From an uncultured Methanoregulaceae archaeon (GTDB lineage Archaea > Halobacteriota > Methanomicrobia > Methanomicrobiales > Methanospirillaceae): DNA of 64,000 bases. Both the position numbers and the translations under genes were made by a program. The stretch covers positions 64,001-128,000 of the forward strand of contig CAWJAX010000005.1 of assembly GCA_963841015.1 (NCBI GenBank). Reading direction: 5' to 3'. Numbering within the stretch: the first letter of the stretch is position 1; every line of letters begins with the position of its first letter. Shown one piece after another: positions 10,180 to 20,500 of the stretch. The notes beneath the pieces were generated by a model, which saw only the letters and a list, made by a program, of their open reading frames with translations, searched no databases and had not been told where the DNA came from.

Positions 10180-11363
10180 AGCTGTTCCTCAATACGTATC
10201 AGTTCATTCAGTTTTGCAATGCGTTCTCCCCCAACAATACCGCATTTTAAGAAAATACAGGAGAATGCAGTTGCGAGGTGGGCGATTGTTGTATCAGTTG
10301 TCTCACCGGACCGGTGGCTCATTACGGTATCCAGGCCACGGGTATGGGAAAGTCGGACCGCATCGAACGTGTCAGTCAGAGTCCCGACCTGGTTGGGTTT
10401 TATAAGCACGCAGTTAGCTGCGTTCATTTCGATACCCTGATGAATGCGGTCGACCTGCGTCACAAAGATGTCATCTCCGCAGATGAGGCACCGGTCTCCT
10501 ACCTGACTGGTGAGCTCAGCAAACCCGTCAAAGTCATCTTCGTGAAGCGGATCTTCCACATACACAAGATCATAGCTGTCAATAAGCTCAGCAATGTACG
10601 CGATCTGGTCTTCCGTAGTGCGAACCTTTTCGCGGTACGTGTATCCTTCTCCGTTCCACATCTGGCTGGCAGCAACATCTATTCCCATATCGACAGATAT
10701 GTTCATCTCATCAGCAACAATTCCGGTCGCCTCGGCAATGAGCTCAAATGCAAGGGCATCATCGATCTGTGGAGCCCAGGCACCCTCATCACCCTTGCCG
10801 CAGGATTTCCCGTGTTTTGCCAGGAGTTCCCTGACATTCCGGTGAACCGCAGCGTTTGCAAGCACTGCCTCTTCTGCATCCGTGGCATCCCCGGGAACGA
10901 CAAGGAATTCCTGGATCTCGGTAGAGTTTGCGGCATGCGCACCTCCGCCGATTACATTCCCCAGGGGGAGTGGCATCTCATTTACGAACGCTCCGCCAAG
11001 ATAGCGGAAGAGTGCAACCCCCATAGATGATGAAGCTGCCTTTGCGTTTGCCAGAGAGAGCGCTACGGCAATGTTTGCACCGATTTCGGCGAAGTTTGCC
11101 GTCCCGTCTATGTCGCGGAGCTGCTCATCAAATCCCTGCTGGTCTCCTGCATCCAGACCGATAAGTGCAGGAATTACATTCTGGACCGCATACTCTACAG
11201 CTTCTTTGGGGGGTTTGACCTTTGCTTCCAGCGTGCCGGTACTCGCACCACTGGGAGCTGCAGACCTGCCAAAACCGCCGGGGGTATGGATGTCGGCTTC
11301 GACAGTCATGTTGCCACGGCTGTCGAGGATAGTCCGTAGCTCGATTACCTCAATTGTTGTCAT
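10176..11363 (-). CDS. eno: Enolase
   Basis: [34 protein letters not shown]. Confidence 0.96.
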   Translation of the reverse strand: MTTIEVIELRTILDSRGNMTVEADIHTPGGFGRSAAPSGASTGTLEAKVKPPKEAVEYAVQNVIPALIGLDAGDQQGFDEQLRDIDGTANFAEIGANIAVALSLANAKAASSSMGVALFRYLGGAFVNEMPLPLGNVIGGGAHAANSTEIQEFLVVPGDATDAEEAVLANAAVHRNVRELLAKHGKSCGKGDEGAWAPQIDDALAFELIAEATGIVADEMNISVDMGIDVAASQMWNGEGYTYREKVRTTEDQIAYIAELIDSYDLVYVEDPLHEDDFDGFAELTSQVGDRCLICGDDIFVTQVDRIHQGIEMNAANCVLIKPNQVGTLTDTFDAVRLSHTRGLDTVMSHRSGETTDTTIAHLATAFSCIFLKCGIVGGERIAKLNELIRIEEQL

Positions 11364-11371
11364 CGTTTCCT

Positions 11372-11545
11372 CTACTTCCTCTTTACCGTAATGGGGATGG
11401 TGTTGTTGTTGTATTCCTCAATGGCGATCTCCAGTGGATCGATCCGTGTCGTAGTGATAAGTAAGGGAGCACCCATTGATATCTGCAGAGCCCTTGCTCC
11501 AATAATCCTCGCCCGTTCATACCGGGTGTATGTCTGCGTCTGCAT
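11372..11545 (-). CDS. rpoK: DNA-directed RNA polymerase subunit K (Rpo6), 57 aa, below the ORF-track cutoff
   Basis: Manual translation [27 protein letters not shown]...IPITVKRK*. Confidence 0.95.
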   Translation of the reverse strand: MQTQTYTRYERARIIGARALQISMGAPLLITTTRIDPLEIAIEEYNNNTIPITVKRK

Positions 11546-11581
11546 TTTTCGTCCTCAAAATGATGGTTTTTACAGTTACTA

Positions 11582-11656
11582 TGGGGTCGCTGAGATTCGA
11601 ACTCAGGTCACTGCGTCCCGAACGCAATAGGATGGTCCAGGCTACCCTACGACCCC
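11582..11656 (-). tRNA. tRNA-Pro(CGG)
   Basis: GGGGTCGTAGGGTAGCCTGG...TTGCG TT CGG GA CGCAG...GTTCGAATC...CGACCCCA cloverleaf. Typical rpoN-tRNA-Pro-rpoK context. Confidence 0.95.
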
Positions 11657-11672
11657 TCGGTCTTATGTCAAT

Positions 11673-11861
11673 CTACTGGTACGGGTTGAGCTCATCAATG
11701 ATCTCTTTATGGGTCAGGAGCATCCGCCTGCAGCAGTACCGGGAAATATTAAGATCGTCGAGGATCTTTTTAGGATCCTCGCCTTTCTCCCGTCTCAGCT
11801 TGAACTCTTCCCACGCTGTTGAGACTGGTTTCCCACAGGTGAAACATCGAACGGGTATCAA
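11673..11861 (-). CDS. rpoN: DNA-directed RNA polymerase subunit N (Rpo10)
   Basis: [18 protein letters not shown]. Confidence 0.97.
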   Translation of the reverse strand: MIPVRCFTCGKPVSTAWEEFKLRREKGEDPKKILDDLNISRYCCRRMLLTHKEIIDELNPYQ

Positions 11862-11891
11862 GATTTTTTACCTCTCATCATATCTTTTATC

Positions 11892-12293
11892 TTAACGATA
11901 AGACTTTTGGAATTTCTTGCGTGCTCCACGGCCGTGCGGTTTCTTTGCTTCTTTCTGCCGCGAGTCGTTGACAAGGAGCGTCCTGTCATAGGTAAGATAG
12001 ATATCCTTAATCTGGGGATCGTTGTGCCACAGAAGGATACCACGTGCAAGTGCAGTGCGGATTGCTTCTGCCTGCCCCATAACACCGCCACCTGCGACAT
12101 CGATGATCACATCAATGCCGTGTATCGCTTTGGGTACAAGAAGCAGCGGTTCTGATATCTTCATCCGTGTAACTTCGCTGCCATAGGTCTCGAGCGGTAC
12201 AGAGTTGACCCGGATCATGCCTTTCCCTGCCTTCAGGGTTGCACGTGCGATTGCTGTCTTGCGTTTTCCACTTGTGTTTATGATCTTTACCAT
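11892..12293 (-). CDS. rps9: 30S ribosomal protein S9
   Basis: GKRKTAIARA, GGGVMGQAEA, QKSYR. Start reassigned to the ATG at 12293. Confidence 0.96.
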   Translation of the reverse strand: MVKIINTSGKRKTAIARATLKAGKGMIRVNSVPLETYGSEVTRMKISEPLLLVPKAIHGIDVIIDVAGGGVMGQAEAIRTALARGILLWHNDPQIKDIYLTYDRTLLVNDSRQKEAKKPHGRGARKKFQKSYR

Positions 12294-12303
12294 GGGGAAC
12301 ACC

Positions 12304-12732
12304 TTAGAATTTCGCTCCGAGGAACGTGCATACTGCACCGAGCGTTACAAATGCCGGGTTGTTCAGCCGGTTCATGTGGGCGTCTTCGAGCACTTCCATC
12401 TCTTTTCCGACAAATTCTACCGGAACACCGACATAGCACCTGATGCGTTTCATGGCATCGACACCACGGGGGCGTTTGTACGGGATCATGCCACGGATAG
12501 TCCGCTTCATGAGATGATCGGGCCGTCGTGGGACGAACGGTCCCCAGCGGTTGCCGCTGGCGCCGCGTTCCACCTTGTGCCGGTAGTTGGCAAGCACACG
12601 TGCACGACTACCGGAGATGATGGCTTTCTCTGCGTTGACAATCGCAATCTCTTCACCGGCAAGTCCGCGCTGCGCGACAAGGCTTGCAAGCCGTCCAAGA
12701 AGCAATCCGTCACCGTTGATTATTGTAACCAT
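12304..12732 (-). CDS. rpl13: 50S ribosomal protein L13
   Basis: [16 protein letters not shown]. Confidence 0.96.
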   Translation of the reverse strand: MVTIINGDGLLLGRLASLVAQRGLAGEEIAIVNAEKAIISGSRARVLANYRHKVERGASGNRWGPFVPRRPDHLMKRTIRGMIPYKRPRGVDAMKRIRCYVGVPVEFVGKEMEVLEDAHMNRLNNPAFVTLGAVCTFLGAKF

Positions 12733-12739
12733 GTTTTGT

Positions 12740-13105
12740 TCACCTCAGGATACGGACACCGCTGCCTTTCGGATTGTCCAAAAGGAGTTGTTCGATCGAC
12801 ATACACTGTCCCTTTGCGTCCCTGATCTTGCTGGTGGCTGATGCCGAGAAGTTCAAGGCTGCAACCTTCACAGACTGCTCCAGTACACCGCTGCCCAGTA
12901 CTTTTCCGGGAACAATGATTGTCTCACCATTCTGGGCATAGCGATTGATCTTGGACAGGTTGACCTCGGCGTAATTCCTGTTCGGGGTCTCCAGCCTGCT
13001 TGCGATCTCGCGCCAGATCTTTGCCTCATTCTCCCGTGAATTATTCTTCAGGAGCGCTATAAGGTTGGTAAGACGGGGGTTCGTCTTTTCCACAATTCTT
13101 GTCAT
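12740..13105 (-). CDS. rpl18e: 50S ribosomal protein L18e
   Basis: [23 protein letters not shown]. Confidence 0.96.
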   Translation of the reverse strand: MTRIVEKTNPRLTNLIALLKNNSRENEAKIWREIASRLETPNRNYAEVNLSKINRYAQNGETIIVPGKVLGSGVLEQSVKVAALNFSASATSKIRDAKGQCMSIEQLLLDNPKGSGVRILR

Positions 13106-13941
13106 TTCTTCTCATCCCCTGATATCTCATTTATTTGTCTCTCCAGCTCGTCTGACTGATCCCTGATATAATGCAGTGCACGGTCCATGATCTCCTTTAC
13201 CGGTAACGAACCATCGCTCTCGACTATGAAAATATACCGGTCTGTTTCTGCAGATATGGTAATTGCCGGTTCGTCCCCGATACCGCTTTCCAGGCATGCC
13301 TTCTCACAAAGTTTGCACATGGAGCAGTCGGGAAGCTTACCGTTTACTACCCTGACTTTCTTGCCTTTTGGATCCGGTACCTCAAGAATGATACGGGGGC
13401 ATACGTCCACACAGTTCATGCAGGCATCGCAGGCTTCACTGATGGATACTACAGGATAGTTCTTGAATCCGCATACAAGTGTCGGCTGCCATTTTGCATG
13501 CTCTCTTCCGGTATTCAGGATGGCGTGTGCTTCCAGGACGAGTTTCTGACCTTTCGTGAGCTTCACGATTGGTATATTATCGTACACCGGAGCCGCATTG
13601 GGATCCTGGGAAATGAGGTCGCTTGACAGGACTGTCTTTGGACCTTCGACGCTCAACGTGAACGTAACCATACAGCCCGGGCATCCCACTCCACCGCAGG
13701 AGCATTTTTCCTTGGTCGAATAGGTTGAAAGATCTGTTTTTATGGGTATGAGCCCCAGCCGGTGTGCCAGCATCTCATCGAAGAACGCACTGGTATTGTC
13801 ATAGATACGTACATCTTCAATTGCAAGAGTCGGCACTTCACCGATCATTGCCCGCCGGAACCCATTGGCAAATGCCGGGCTCGCTCCCGAAAGAGTGAAT
13901 CGTGCCAGAGTATCATCAAGACTGCTGAATTCGATCTCCAT
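13102..13941 (-). CDS. rpoD: DNA-directed RNA polymerase subunit D (Rpo3) with a ferredoxin-like domain
   Basis: ANGFRRAMIGEVPTLAIE, HRLGLIP, EHAKWQP. CxxCxxCxxxCP and CxxCxxCxxxC motifs. Confidence 0.96.
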   Translation of the reverse strand: MEIEFSSLDDTLARFTLSGASPAFANGFRRAMIGEVPTLAIEDVRIYDNTSAFFDEMLAHRLGLIPIKTDLSTYSTKEKCSCGGVGCPGCMVTFTLSVEGPKTVLSSDLISQDPNAAPVYDNIPIVKLTKGQKLVLEAHAILNTGREHAKWQPTLVCGFKNYPVVSISEACDACMNCVDVCPRIILEVPDPKGKKVRVVNGKLPDCSMCKLCEKACLESGIGDEPAITISAETDRYIFIVESDGSLPVKEIMDRALHYIRDQSDELERQINEISGDEKK

Positions 13942-14339
13942 CACACTCTCCTTCCTCTCCTGCCGCCCTTTGCGCGACATGAGTCGTGAGGGACAGGGGT
14001 GACATCTTCAATACGCCCGATCCGCATCCCGGCACGGGCGAGTGCACGAATTGCTGCCTGGGCACCGGGGCCCGGGCTGCGTTGTTTACCCTGGCCTGGC
14101 GCACGCACCTTGACGTGGACCCCCACAATTCCCTTCTCGCGGGCATTCTGGGCAACGTTGCCTGCCATCTGCATTGCTGCATAGGGAGAGCCTTCGTTCC
14201 GGTCCTGCTTGACTACCATGCCACCACTGCTTTTTGTAACAGTCTCAGCACCGGAGAGATCGGTGATGGTGATGATGGTATTGTTGAACGATGCGAAAAT
14301 ATGTGCAACGCCCCACTTTTCCTTATCATTTGCTGCCAT
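13941..14339 (-). CDS. rps11: 30S ribosomal protein S11
   Basis: [26 protein letters not shown]. Confidence 0.97.
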   Translation of the reverse strand: MAANDKEKWGVAHIFASFNNTIITITDLSGAETVTKSSGGMVVKQDRNEGSPYAAMQMAGNVAQNAREKGIVGVHVKVRAPGQGKQRSPGPGAQAAIRALARAGMRIGRIEDVTPVPHDSCRAKGGRRGRRV

Positions 14340-14340
14340 C

Positions 14341-14892
14341 TTATCTCACTCCTGCTGGTTTGGTAATCCTTGACTTTTCGGGATGTGAGTCACTTAAAAA
14401 CGGGGATTTGCCGTAGTAAGCGATCTGCACCTCTTCATTCCTGTTTACACGGTAACCCGGAATAGTGACGCGCCTGCCACCAATGGCGATATGTCCATGG
14501 GTAATGAGCTGGCGTGCCTGCTTCGGGGAACGGGCAAGGCCTTTCCGGTGTACAAGGCTCTGGAGCCGGCGCTCGAGCTGAGTCTGGACTTTAAGTGCCA
14601 GTACATCTTCGATATCTGCATCCGGACCAAGCAGTCCTGATCGCTGCATGTGGGAGATCAGTTCGGTTTTCTTTGCCTCAAAAAGCGTCCTGTCAATATT
14701 GCTTGACATGAGGGCAAGAAGGTCTCGTGCTCCTTTCCGGTACTTTCTCAGGTAGCTCTGTGCTTTCCAGACTTCACGCTTGTTGCGCAGCCCGTATTCT
14801 ATAACGAGACGTGTTTCCGATTCGATCCGCGTCTTTTCAAAGGGGCGTTTGGGGGTCTGGTACGATTTATGATTCTTTCCCGGATATCCCAT
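14341..14892 (-). CDS. rps4: 30S ribosomal protein S4
   Basis: [26 protein letters not shown]. Confidence 0.97.
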   Translation of the reverse strand: MGYPGKNHKSYQTPKRPFEKTRIESETRLVIEYGLRNKREVWKAQSYLRKYRKGARDLLALMSSNIDRTLFEAKKTELISHMQRSGLLGPDADIEDVLALKVQTQLERRLQSLVHRKGLARSPKQARQLITHGHIAIGGRRVTIPGYRVNRNEEVQIAYYGKSPFLSDSHPEKSRITKPAGVR

Positions 14893-14895
14893 GGT

Positions 14896-15357
14896 TCAGC
14901 TGCCTCCTTCTTTCTTCCTCTTGACACCCACAGTCGTCCCGGTTCTTCCGGTAGACTTGGTGCGCTGCCCGCGGACTTTCTGCCCGGTCTCGTGCCGGAT
15001 ACCGCGATAGCAGCGGATCTTTCTCATGAGGTTGACGTCTTCATCCTTTGAGAGCGCTACATCGCCACCTAACAGGTGCTTTGCCTCGCCGGTGTAGGTG
15101 TCTTTTGGCCGGTTCGCCATCCATGATGGGATCTTCGATGAGTATTGTTCAACAGCGGTGCGGAGCCGGTTGACCGACTCCTCGTCAATGCGACCAAGCT
15201 GTGCGTATTCGTCGACTTTCGCCATACGGGAGATTACCGTAGAGGTATGCCTGCCTACGCCCATGATGCCGGTCAGGGCAACCCTCACCGATTTGGTTCC
15301 ATCCAGATCGGTTGTGCCTACCCTTACAAAATATTTTATGTCTTCTTCCTGAGCCAT
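14896..15357 (-). CDS. rps13: 30S ribosomal protein S13
   Basis: [22 protein letters not shown]. Start at ATG 15357 ([10 protein letters not shown]). Confidence 0.96.
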   Translation of the reverse strand: MAQEEDIKYFVRVGTTDLDGTKSVRVALTGIMGVGRHTSTVISRMAKVDEYAQLGRIDEESVNRLRTAVEQYSSKIPSWMANRPKDTYTGEAKHLLGGDVALSKDEDVNLMRKIRCYRGIRHETGQKVRGQRTKSTGRTGTTVGVKRKKEGGS

Positions 15358-15393
15358 CCAATCCCCTCGTTGTGTGAGATTTTCTCTTTTGAG

Positions 15394-15478
15394 CGCTGAG
15401 GGAGGGATTTGAACCCTCGAGTCCCAGGGGGACACAGGTTTAGCAAACCTGCGCCATACCAGGCTTGGCTACCTCAAC
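15394..15478 (-). tRNA. tRNA-Ser(GCT)
   Basis: GTTGAGGTAGCCAAGCCTGG...CAGGT TT GCT AA ACCTG, long variable arm, GGTTCAAATCC. Confidence 0.95.
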
Positions 15479-15672
15479 AGAGGAATCTCGCATCTTGTAC
15501 AGACACTCGCAGTGAATAGTCACTGCTCCATGAATGGTGCTTACTATATGGGAAGGGTCTGGTAATAAGTGTTTGGCAGAAAAAAGCACACGGCCGGTCC
15601 TGTTGCAATATCCTTACAAACATGAACGGATTCGTGTGCACCCCATTATTAGTATCTAAAGAATGATTGCAT

Positions 15673-16679
15673 GGCTCTGTAGAAATGCTAAGTTCACAGA
15701 AGTAAAAAGCTGACCACAAAAGCTAAGGTACGGCGCCTCCTTACCTTGTTATGTTCAGTAACCATAAGGAGGCAAGATAATGTCGACAAACCGGTATATC
15801 AGGTTTGTTGAATTATCTTCTGGTTTGATCCGAGATTGCCGAATTCCACTGTACTCTTCAAAATATTCCAAAAAGATCTATACCCAGCACCAGTTGCTCA
15901 TTCTCCTTCTCCTGAAAGAATACCTGTCTGAAGATTACCGGGACACCGTCGAACTTACTGAAATTATGGACTCACTTCGGGAAAAGATCCATCTCGATGA
16001 AGTACCGCATTTCACGACGATTCACAAGTTCTGTCAACGGATCCGGTCCTCCACATTTACCCGGTTACTGAACAGACTCATGAAAATGTTCTATGACTGG
16101 GGAGAGAGGATACCCTGTACCGCTATCGACTCATCCGGATTCACCAGTTCGTACGCCAGTCATTATTATTCCTGGAGAACCGGAAAAACCAGAAAACGAT
16201 TCCTGAAAACTTCGATCTCGGTTGACACGGATCAACAAATCATTACCGGTCTGAAGATCTCCCAACACCCCGTCCATGATATTCCTCATGCTGAAAAACT
16301 CCTCAAACAATGTCACAGGACCAGACCGTCTGAGCTCTATGTCATGGATAAAGGATACGATTCAGAAGAGATCCATGAATTAATCCAAGATACCCTCAAC
16401 TCATGCTCCCTCATTCCCGTCAGAAACCGAAAACGGAAACGTATCTCCGGTTATTACCGAAAACGGATCGCTCGCTTATTCGATAATCAAAAATATCATC
16501 AGAGAAACAAGATCGAAACGGTATTCTCTGTCATGAAAAGAAAGTTCGGTGAATCTCTCAAAGCTCGCAAATATAGATCCCAAATCAAGGAGATCAAAAT
16601 GAAAGTTATACTCTACAACATTTCAAGAATGATTTCATCTTTGTCATTCCTAATTCTCATTGAGGAATTCTACAAAGCC
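15673..16679 (+). mobile_element. IS5-family insertion sequence (~1.0 kb), apparently intact
   Basis: Imperfect TIRs GGCTCTGTAGAA and (revcomp) GGCTTTGTAGAA. Perfect 8-bp TSD GATTGCAT at 15665-15672 and 16680-16687. Confidence 0.9.
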
Positions 16680-16697
16680 GATTGCATCATATTTTAA
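15780..16697 (+). CDS. IS5-family DDE transposase
   Basis: [36 protein letters not shown] motifs. Confidence 0.93.
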   Translation: MSTNRYIRFVELSSGLIRDCRIPLYSSKYSKKIYTQHQLLILLLLKEYLSEDYRDTVELTEIMDSLREKIHLDEVPHFTTIHKFCQRIRSSTFTRLLNRLMKMFYDWGERIPCTAIDSSGFTSSYASHYYSWRTGKTRKRFLKTSISVDTDQQIITGLKISQHPVHDIPHAEKLLKQCHRTRPSELYVMDKGYDSEEIHELIQDTLNSCSLIPVRNRKRKRISGYYRKRIARLFDNQKYHQRNKIETVFSVMKRKFGESLKARKYRSQIKEIKMKVILYNISRMISSLSFLILIEEFYKADCIIF

Positions 16698-16868
16698 AAA
16701 ATATAGATCCTGAAACATGCATATTGAGTGTCGGTCAGCTTGGGGGCGCCCCATAACGATCGGCTGCTTTTTTATGTATTTTTTAGTAAGTGATCATCAC
16801 TTGGAGATTTTGACGTATCGTTATAAACGGGAACAACTTATTACTGGATCACTTCCCAATAGCGATGT

Positions 16869-17522
16869 GTGAACCTTATCAGGGGGGCAATTATCGCCGG
16901 CCTCGTTATTACCTTCGCCATTACCATTGCCGTCTATCCGTCAGCTCCGGATCGTATCGTATCACACTGGAACGCTGCCGGCCATGCTGACGGATATATG
17001 TCGAAGTTCTGGGGGCTTTTTCTCATTCCCATAATCATGACAGGCTTTGTCGCCCTGCTGGCGGTTCTTCCCCGCATCGACCCGCACAAAAAGAATTACG
17101 AGAAATTCCGGGACTATTACGATGGATTCATTCTCCTGTTTACCCTCTTCCTGCTTGCCATACAGGTCCAGATTATTCTCTGGAGTATCGGGTTCCAGAT
17201 CAGCCCGAACCTCACGTTCCCGATTCTCATCGGGATACTATTTATCTACCTCGGATTTCTCCTTGACCATGCTGAGCAGAACTGGTTTGTTGGTATCCGC
17301 ACACCCTGGACGCTGAGCAGTAAAACAGTCTGGAAAAATACGCACGAACTTGGCGGGAAATTGTTTAAAATAGCAGGAGTTATTTCTTGTTTAGGGATAT
17401 TTGCCGGGGTATATGCGCTCTGGTTCGTTCTCGTACCGGCACTTGCAGTTGCAGTGATTACCGTGGCATATTCTTATTACGAGTTCCAGAAGGAGTTAAA
17501 AAACGGAGAGAAAACTGGTTGA
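16869..17522 (+). CDS. SdpI/DUF1648 family membrane protein
   Basis: HWNAAGHADG, NWFVGIRTPWTLSS..VWKNTH, multiple TM segments. Confidence 0.9.
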   Translation: MNLIRGAIIAGLVITFAITIAVYPSAPDRIVSHWNAAGHADGYMSKFWGLFLIPIIMTGFVALLAVLPRIDPHKKNYEKFRDYYDGFILLFTLFLLAIQVQIILWSIGFQISPNLTFPILIGILFIYLGFLLDHAEQNWFVGIRTPWTLSSKTVWKNTHELGGKLFKIAGVISCLGIFAGVYALWFVLVPALAVAVITVAYSYYEFQKELKNGEKTG

Positions 17523-17605
17523 GATTTTTGTTTTTTATTTTTAATTTTCACCTCCCGGGTAGTTACGGAAATCAAAACAATGAAAATTGTATTGAAATAT
17601 GATGG

Positions 17606-17945
17606 AACCCGCTTCAGGGCCTCTCATAGGCACGGCGGGGCAGAAAGTTTTTTTATTTTTTGGCTATGCAGAAATCCCCTCGCGTTTTTTGAGCTGGTGT
17701 GGAAATTGCGAGGGTGACCCCCTCGACCCCCAAGAGAGGTTGGATTTTTCTCCACGCTGCCGAGATCCTCAGCCATGCCCCACGGGGCGAGACCCGACGA
17801 GGCGGTGAGAGTCCGTGGCCCCATTGCTATCCGATACCAGTCCCCTCTTCGGTTTTTTAACGAGCATGATTTCTACAGAGCAAATTTTTTTGTCAATAAT
17901 CAGCCGCGGGGGCGTCCTATCGGGGGAGGCGGGGTTATCGCAATT
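17606..17945. repeat. GC-rich structured intergenic element, long copy
   Basis: 5' module (17609-17642) and 3' module (17903-17942) are shared with 46596-46703. Confidence 0.65.
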
Positions 17946-17999
17946 ATACCAGATTGAGAGAATGATAATATCCGCGATCGAAAAGGGGGAGGTTGAATA

Positions 18000-18776
18000 T
18001 TACAGCGCCTGAACAAGAGAGCGACGCGTGATCATACCAACCAGTTTGCCTTTATCGACCACCGGAATTGAACTGATATTTTTTTTCAGCATCGTGCTGA
18101 CAATATCTGCCATCTTTGTGTTCCTGTCGATCGTAAGGATTGGGGAGGTCATAATTGTCCTGACGATGATGTTGTGAAACCGGAAGTCCTGGTGCCGGTC
18201 CTCTATCTTCTCCCGGAATTTCCGGAGTGAGATTGCAAGGTCGGTTTCCGTTACGATGCCACTGATTTTTTCACCATCCATAACAACAAAACGGGAGATA
18301 TCGTGTTCCTCCATCAGTGACTGGAGGTGCGAAAGCCGTTCGTCTGCTTCAATGGTATGAGCAGGTTCCGTCACCCCATCGATATTTCCCCGGGGCTGAA
18401 GCACCCTGAGTATTTCCCCATATCCGACCTGCCCGATAAGGCGCTTTTCGCTGTCATGCACAACCACCAGTTTATGCTTTTTTAAGAGCGGGACGACAAC
18501 CCGGATCTCCTGCTCCGGGAGCACCGAGGGTATATTTTCCTCGAGCGAACTGGCAACATGAATCTTTGCCGTGGAGATCGTTGCCTTGTGTTTACTCCCC
18601 AGCTTATCTGCGATTGATTTGCGGGATATTGTTCCCACAACCTGGTGATTTGTAAGCACAATGAGCGGGTCACTGCTTTCATCGAGCATCTTATCCAGAG
18701 CTTCGTTGATTGACTGGGATTTTGAAATGGTCACCGGCTTTGCCATTACATCCTTAACCGACAACTGAACAGTCAT
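18000..18776 (-). CDS. CBS domain-containing protein (4 CBS), paralog of 18880..19655
   Basis: VKDVM, GIVTETDL, IPVVDKGKLVGMITRRSLV. Confidence 0.92.
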   Translation of the reverse strand: MTVQLSVKDVMAKPVTISKSQSINEALDKMLDESSDPLIVLTNHQVVGTISRKSIADKLGSKHKATISTAKIHVASSLEENIPSVLPEQEIRVVVPLLKKHKLVVVHDSEKRLIGQVGYGEILRVLQPRGNIDGVTEPAHTIEADERLSHLQSLMEEHDISRFVVMDGEKISGIVTETDLAISLRKFREKIEDRHQDFRFHNIIVRTIMTSPILTIDRNTKMADIVSTMLKKNISSIPVVDKGKLVGMITRRSLVQAL

Positions 18777-18879
18777 ATTACCTCTTTGATCCTTCTTCCT
18801 CTTGTCTTTTCTCCGTCTGTTTTTATTAAGACACATCTCCTCGGACATGTTCCGGTATTCCCTGCAGAAGACTCAGGGT

Positions 18880-19655
18880 CTAAAGCGCGTTAACCAGCGA
18901 CCTTCGCGTGATGATACCGGACAGCCTTCCCTTATCCACGACCGGGACCGAACTGATATTCTTTTTGAGCATCAGGTCTATCACCGCCGACACACTTGCC
19001 GAAGGGTCAACGGATATGAGTGGTGCAGTCATGATGTCCCTGACAATCATATTCCGAATCCGGTGATCCTGGTGCTGGTCCTTGACGGACTCCCGGAATT
19101 TCCGCATCGCAATAGCGACATCGGTTTCTGTGACGATTCCAATATATTTGCCTTGATCCGAAACGACAAAACGGGTGATATTGTCATCAAGCATGCGGCG
19201 GCGCAGGTGAACAACGCGTTCATCTGCCTCAATAGTGATGACCTTCTCAATCGCACTTTCTATCCCGTTTTCCGGCTGGAACTTTTTCAGCAGATCACCC
19301 GCACTCACCTGGCCGATCAACTTGTGATCACCATCATACACAACAACCAGCTTGTAATGCTGGAGCAGCGGGATGAGTACATTAATACTTTCATCAGGAT
19401 AGACGCTTGTGAATTCTTCCTCAACCACACTCGCCACATGAATAGCGGTGGGTGCAAGAGTGGAGTTCTGTTTGCTGCCCAGCTTCTAGCTATCGCCTGC
19501 CGGGAGACTATACCTACTACAGAATTATTATTGACTGCAATAAGGGGATCAATACCCTCTGCAAGCATTTTATCAAGTGCTTCGGTGATCTTTGCCGATT
19601 TGGATATTGTGGTTGGTTTTACCATAACATCTTTGATAAAAACTTCTTTTGTCAT
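18880..19655 (-). CDS. CBS domain-containing protein (4 CBS), split by a -1 indel at ~19488
   Basis: The two ORFs join if one base is restored (AIAEKLGSKQN, compare paralog SIADKLGSKH). Confidence 0.87.
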
Positions 19656-20500
19656 TTCGCCACTTCCTTTATGATATCATCCCGTTTAATAATTCCAGAT
19701 ATCGCGCCATTTTCCACAACAACAAGACTGTTGACATGGTTTTTTCTCATCAGTTCAAGGGCATCAGGCAGCAGTGTTGCCGGATTTACCGTAATCACCG
19801 GGCTGGTCATTACATCCTCCGCAATCACTGATTCGACAGTTCGTAAGTGGTGACTGCTTGTCCCACCCGCCTCTTCGCGTCTCCGTGTTGTTACATCTTT
19901 TTTAACCACCCTGGAAATCGTATGCTCATTATCAAAGAACGCAAGGTTCGTTTCGGTGATTATTCCGGCAATCGTACCATCATTATTCATGACAACAACT
20001 TTGTCATCGCGTTCGCTCATCACTGCTATCACATGGTCAAGTGAGTGGTAACGGCTGATCGTTGCCACATCCTCCATCACGTCATTGACCGGACAGGTAA
20101 GGTTCCGGACAAGACCGGATTTCATCAGATCCGTTTTTGTTACGATTCCAACGATATGTCCTGCATCAACCACCGGAACACAACTGATACTGTTTCCTGA
20201 AAAAATACCTGCGATCGTCCTGATCCCTGCATCGGGTGCAACGACGATTGGATTGCCAGTAGCAAATACACCTACCGGAATCTGGTCAATGGGGCGCCGG
20301 CGCCATGCGGGTTCTCCCTGGTGAAGGCGGTACGCAATGTCCTTTTTGGTGAGAATTCCCGTGAGCCGGCCGTCCTCCATCACCAGGACACGTGAGATTT
20401 TGTGCTTCACCATCAGGTTCCTTGCGTAAGCGACCGTTTCATGAGGGGAGACAAAATAGACCGGTGAAGTCATAACATCGCGTGCAAACATTTTTTTCAC
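19652..20500 (-). CDS. CBS domain-containing protein (4 CBS)
   Basis: ARDVMTSPV, GILTKKDI, GIVTKTDL, GIIKRDDI. Confidence 0.92.
   Translation of the reverse strand: MKKMFARDVMTSPVYFVSPHETVAYARNLMVKHKISRVLVMEDGRLTGILTKKDIAYRLHQGEPAWRRRPIDQIPVGVFATGNPIVVAPDAGIRTIAGIFSGNSISCVPVVDAGHIVGIVTKTDLMKSGLVRNLTCPVNDVMEDVATISRYHSLDHVIAVMSERDDKVVVMNNDGTIAGIITETNLAFFDNEHTISRVVKKDVTTRRREEAGGTSSHHLRTVESVIAEDVMTSPVITVNPATLLPDALELMRKNHVNSLVVVENGAISGIIKRDDIIKEVAK

Noticed and set aside
13300-13430. Two ferredoxin-type Cys motifs in RpoD as a novelty
   Set aside because: An Fe-S ferredoxin-like domain in Rpo3 is already described for Methanomicrobia.
14896-15435. N-terminally extended rps13 ORF (similar extensions for rps9, rpoD, rps15, rps3ae, ileS and 40620..41702)
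   Set aside because: The extensions overlap a tRNA or neighbouring genes. Downstream starts match the family N-termini.
17606-17945. RNase P RNA, SRP RNA or a CRISPR array
   Set aside because: No GAGGAAAGTCC or SRP helix-8 motif, and no regularly spaced direct repeats were seen here or elsewhere in the window.
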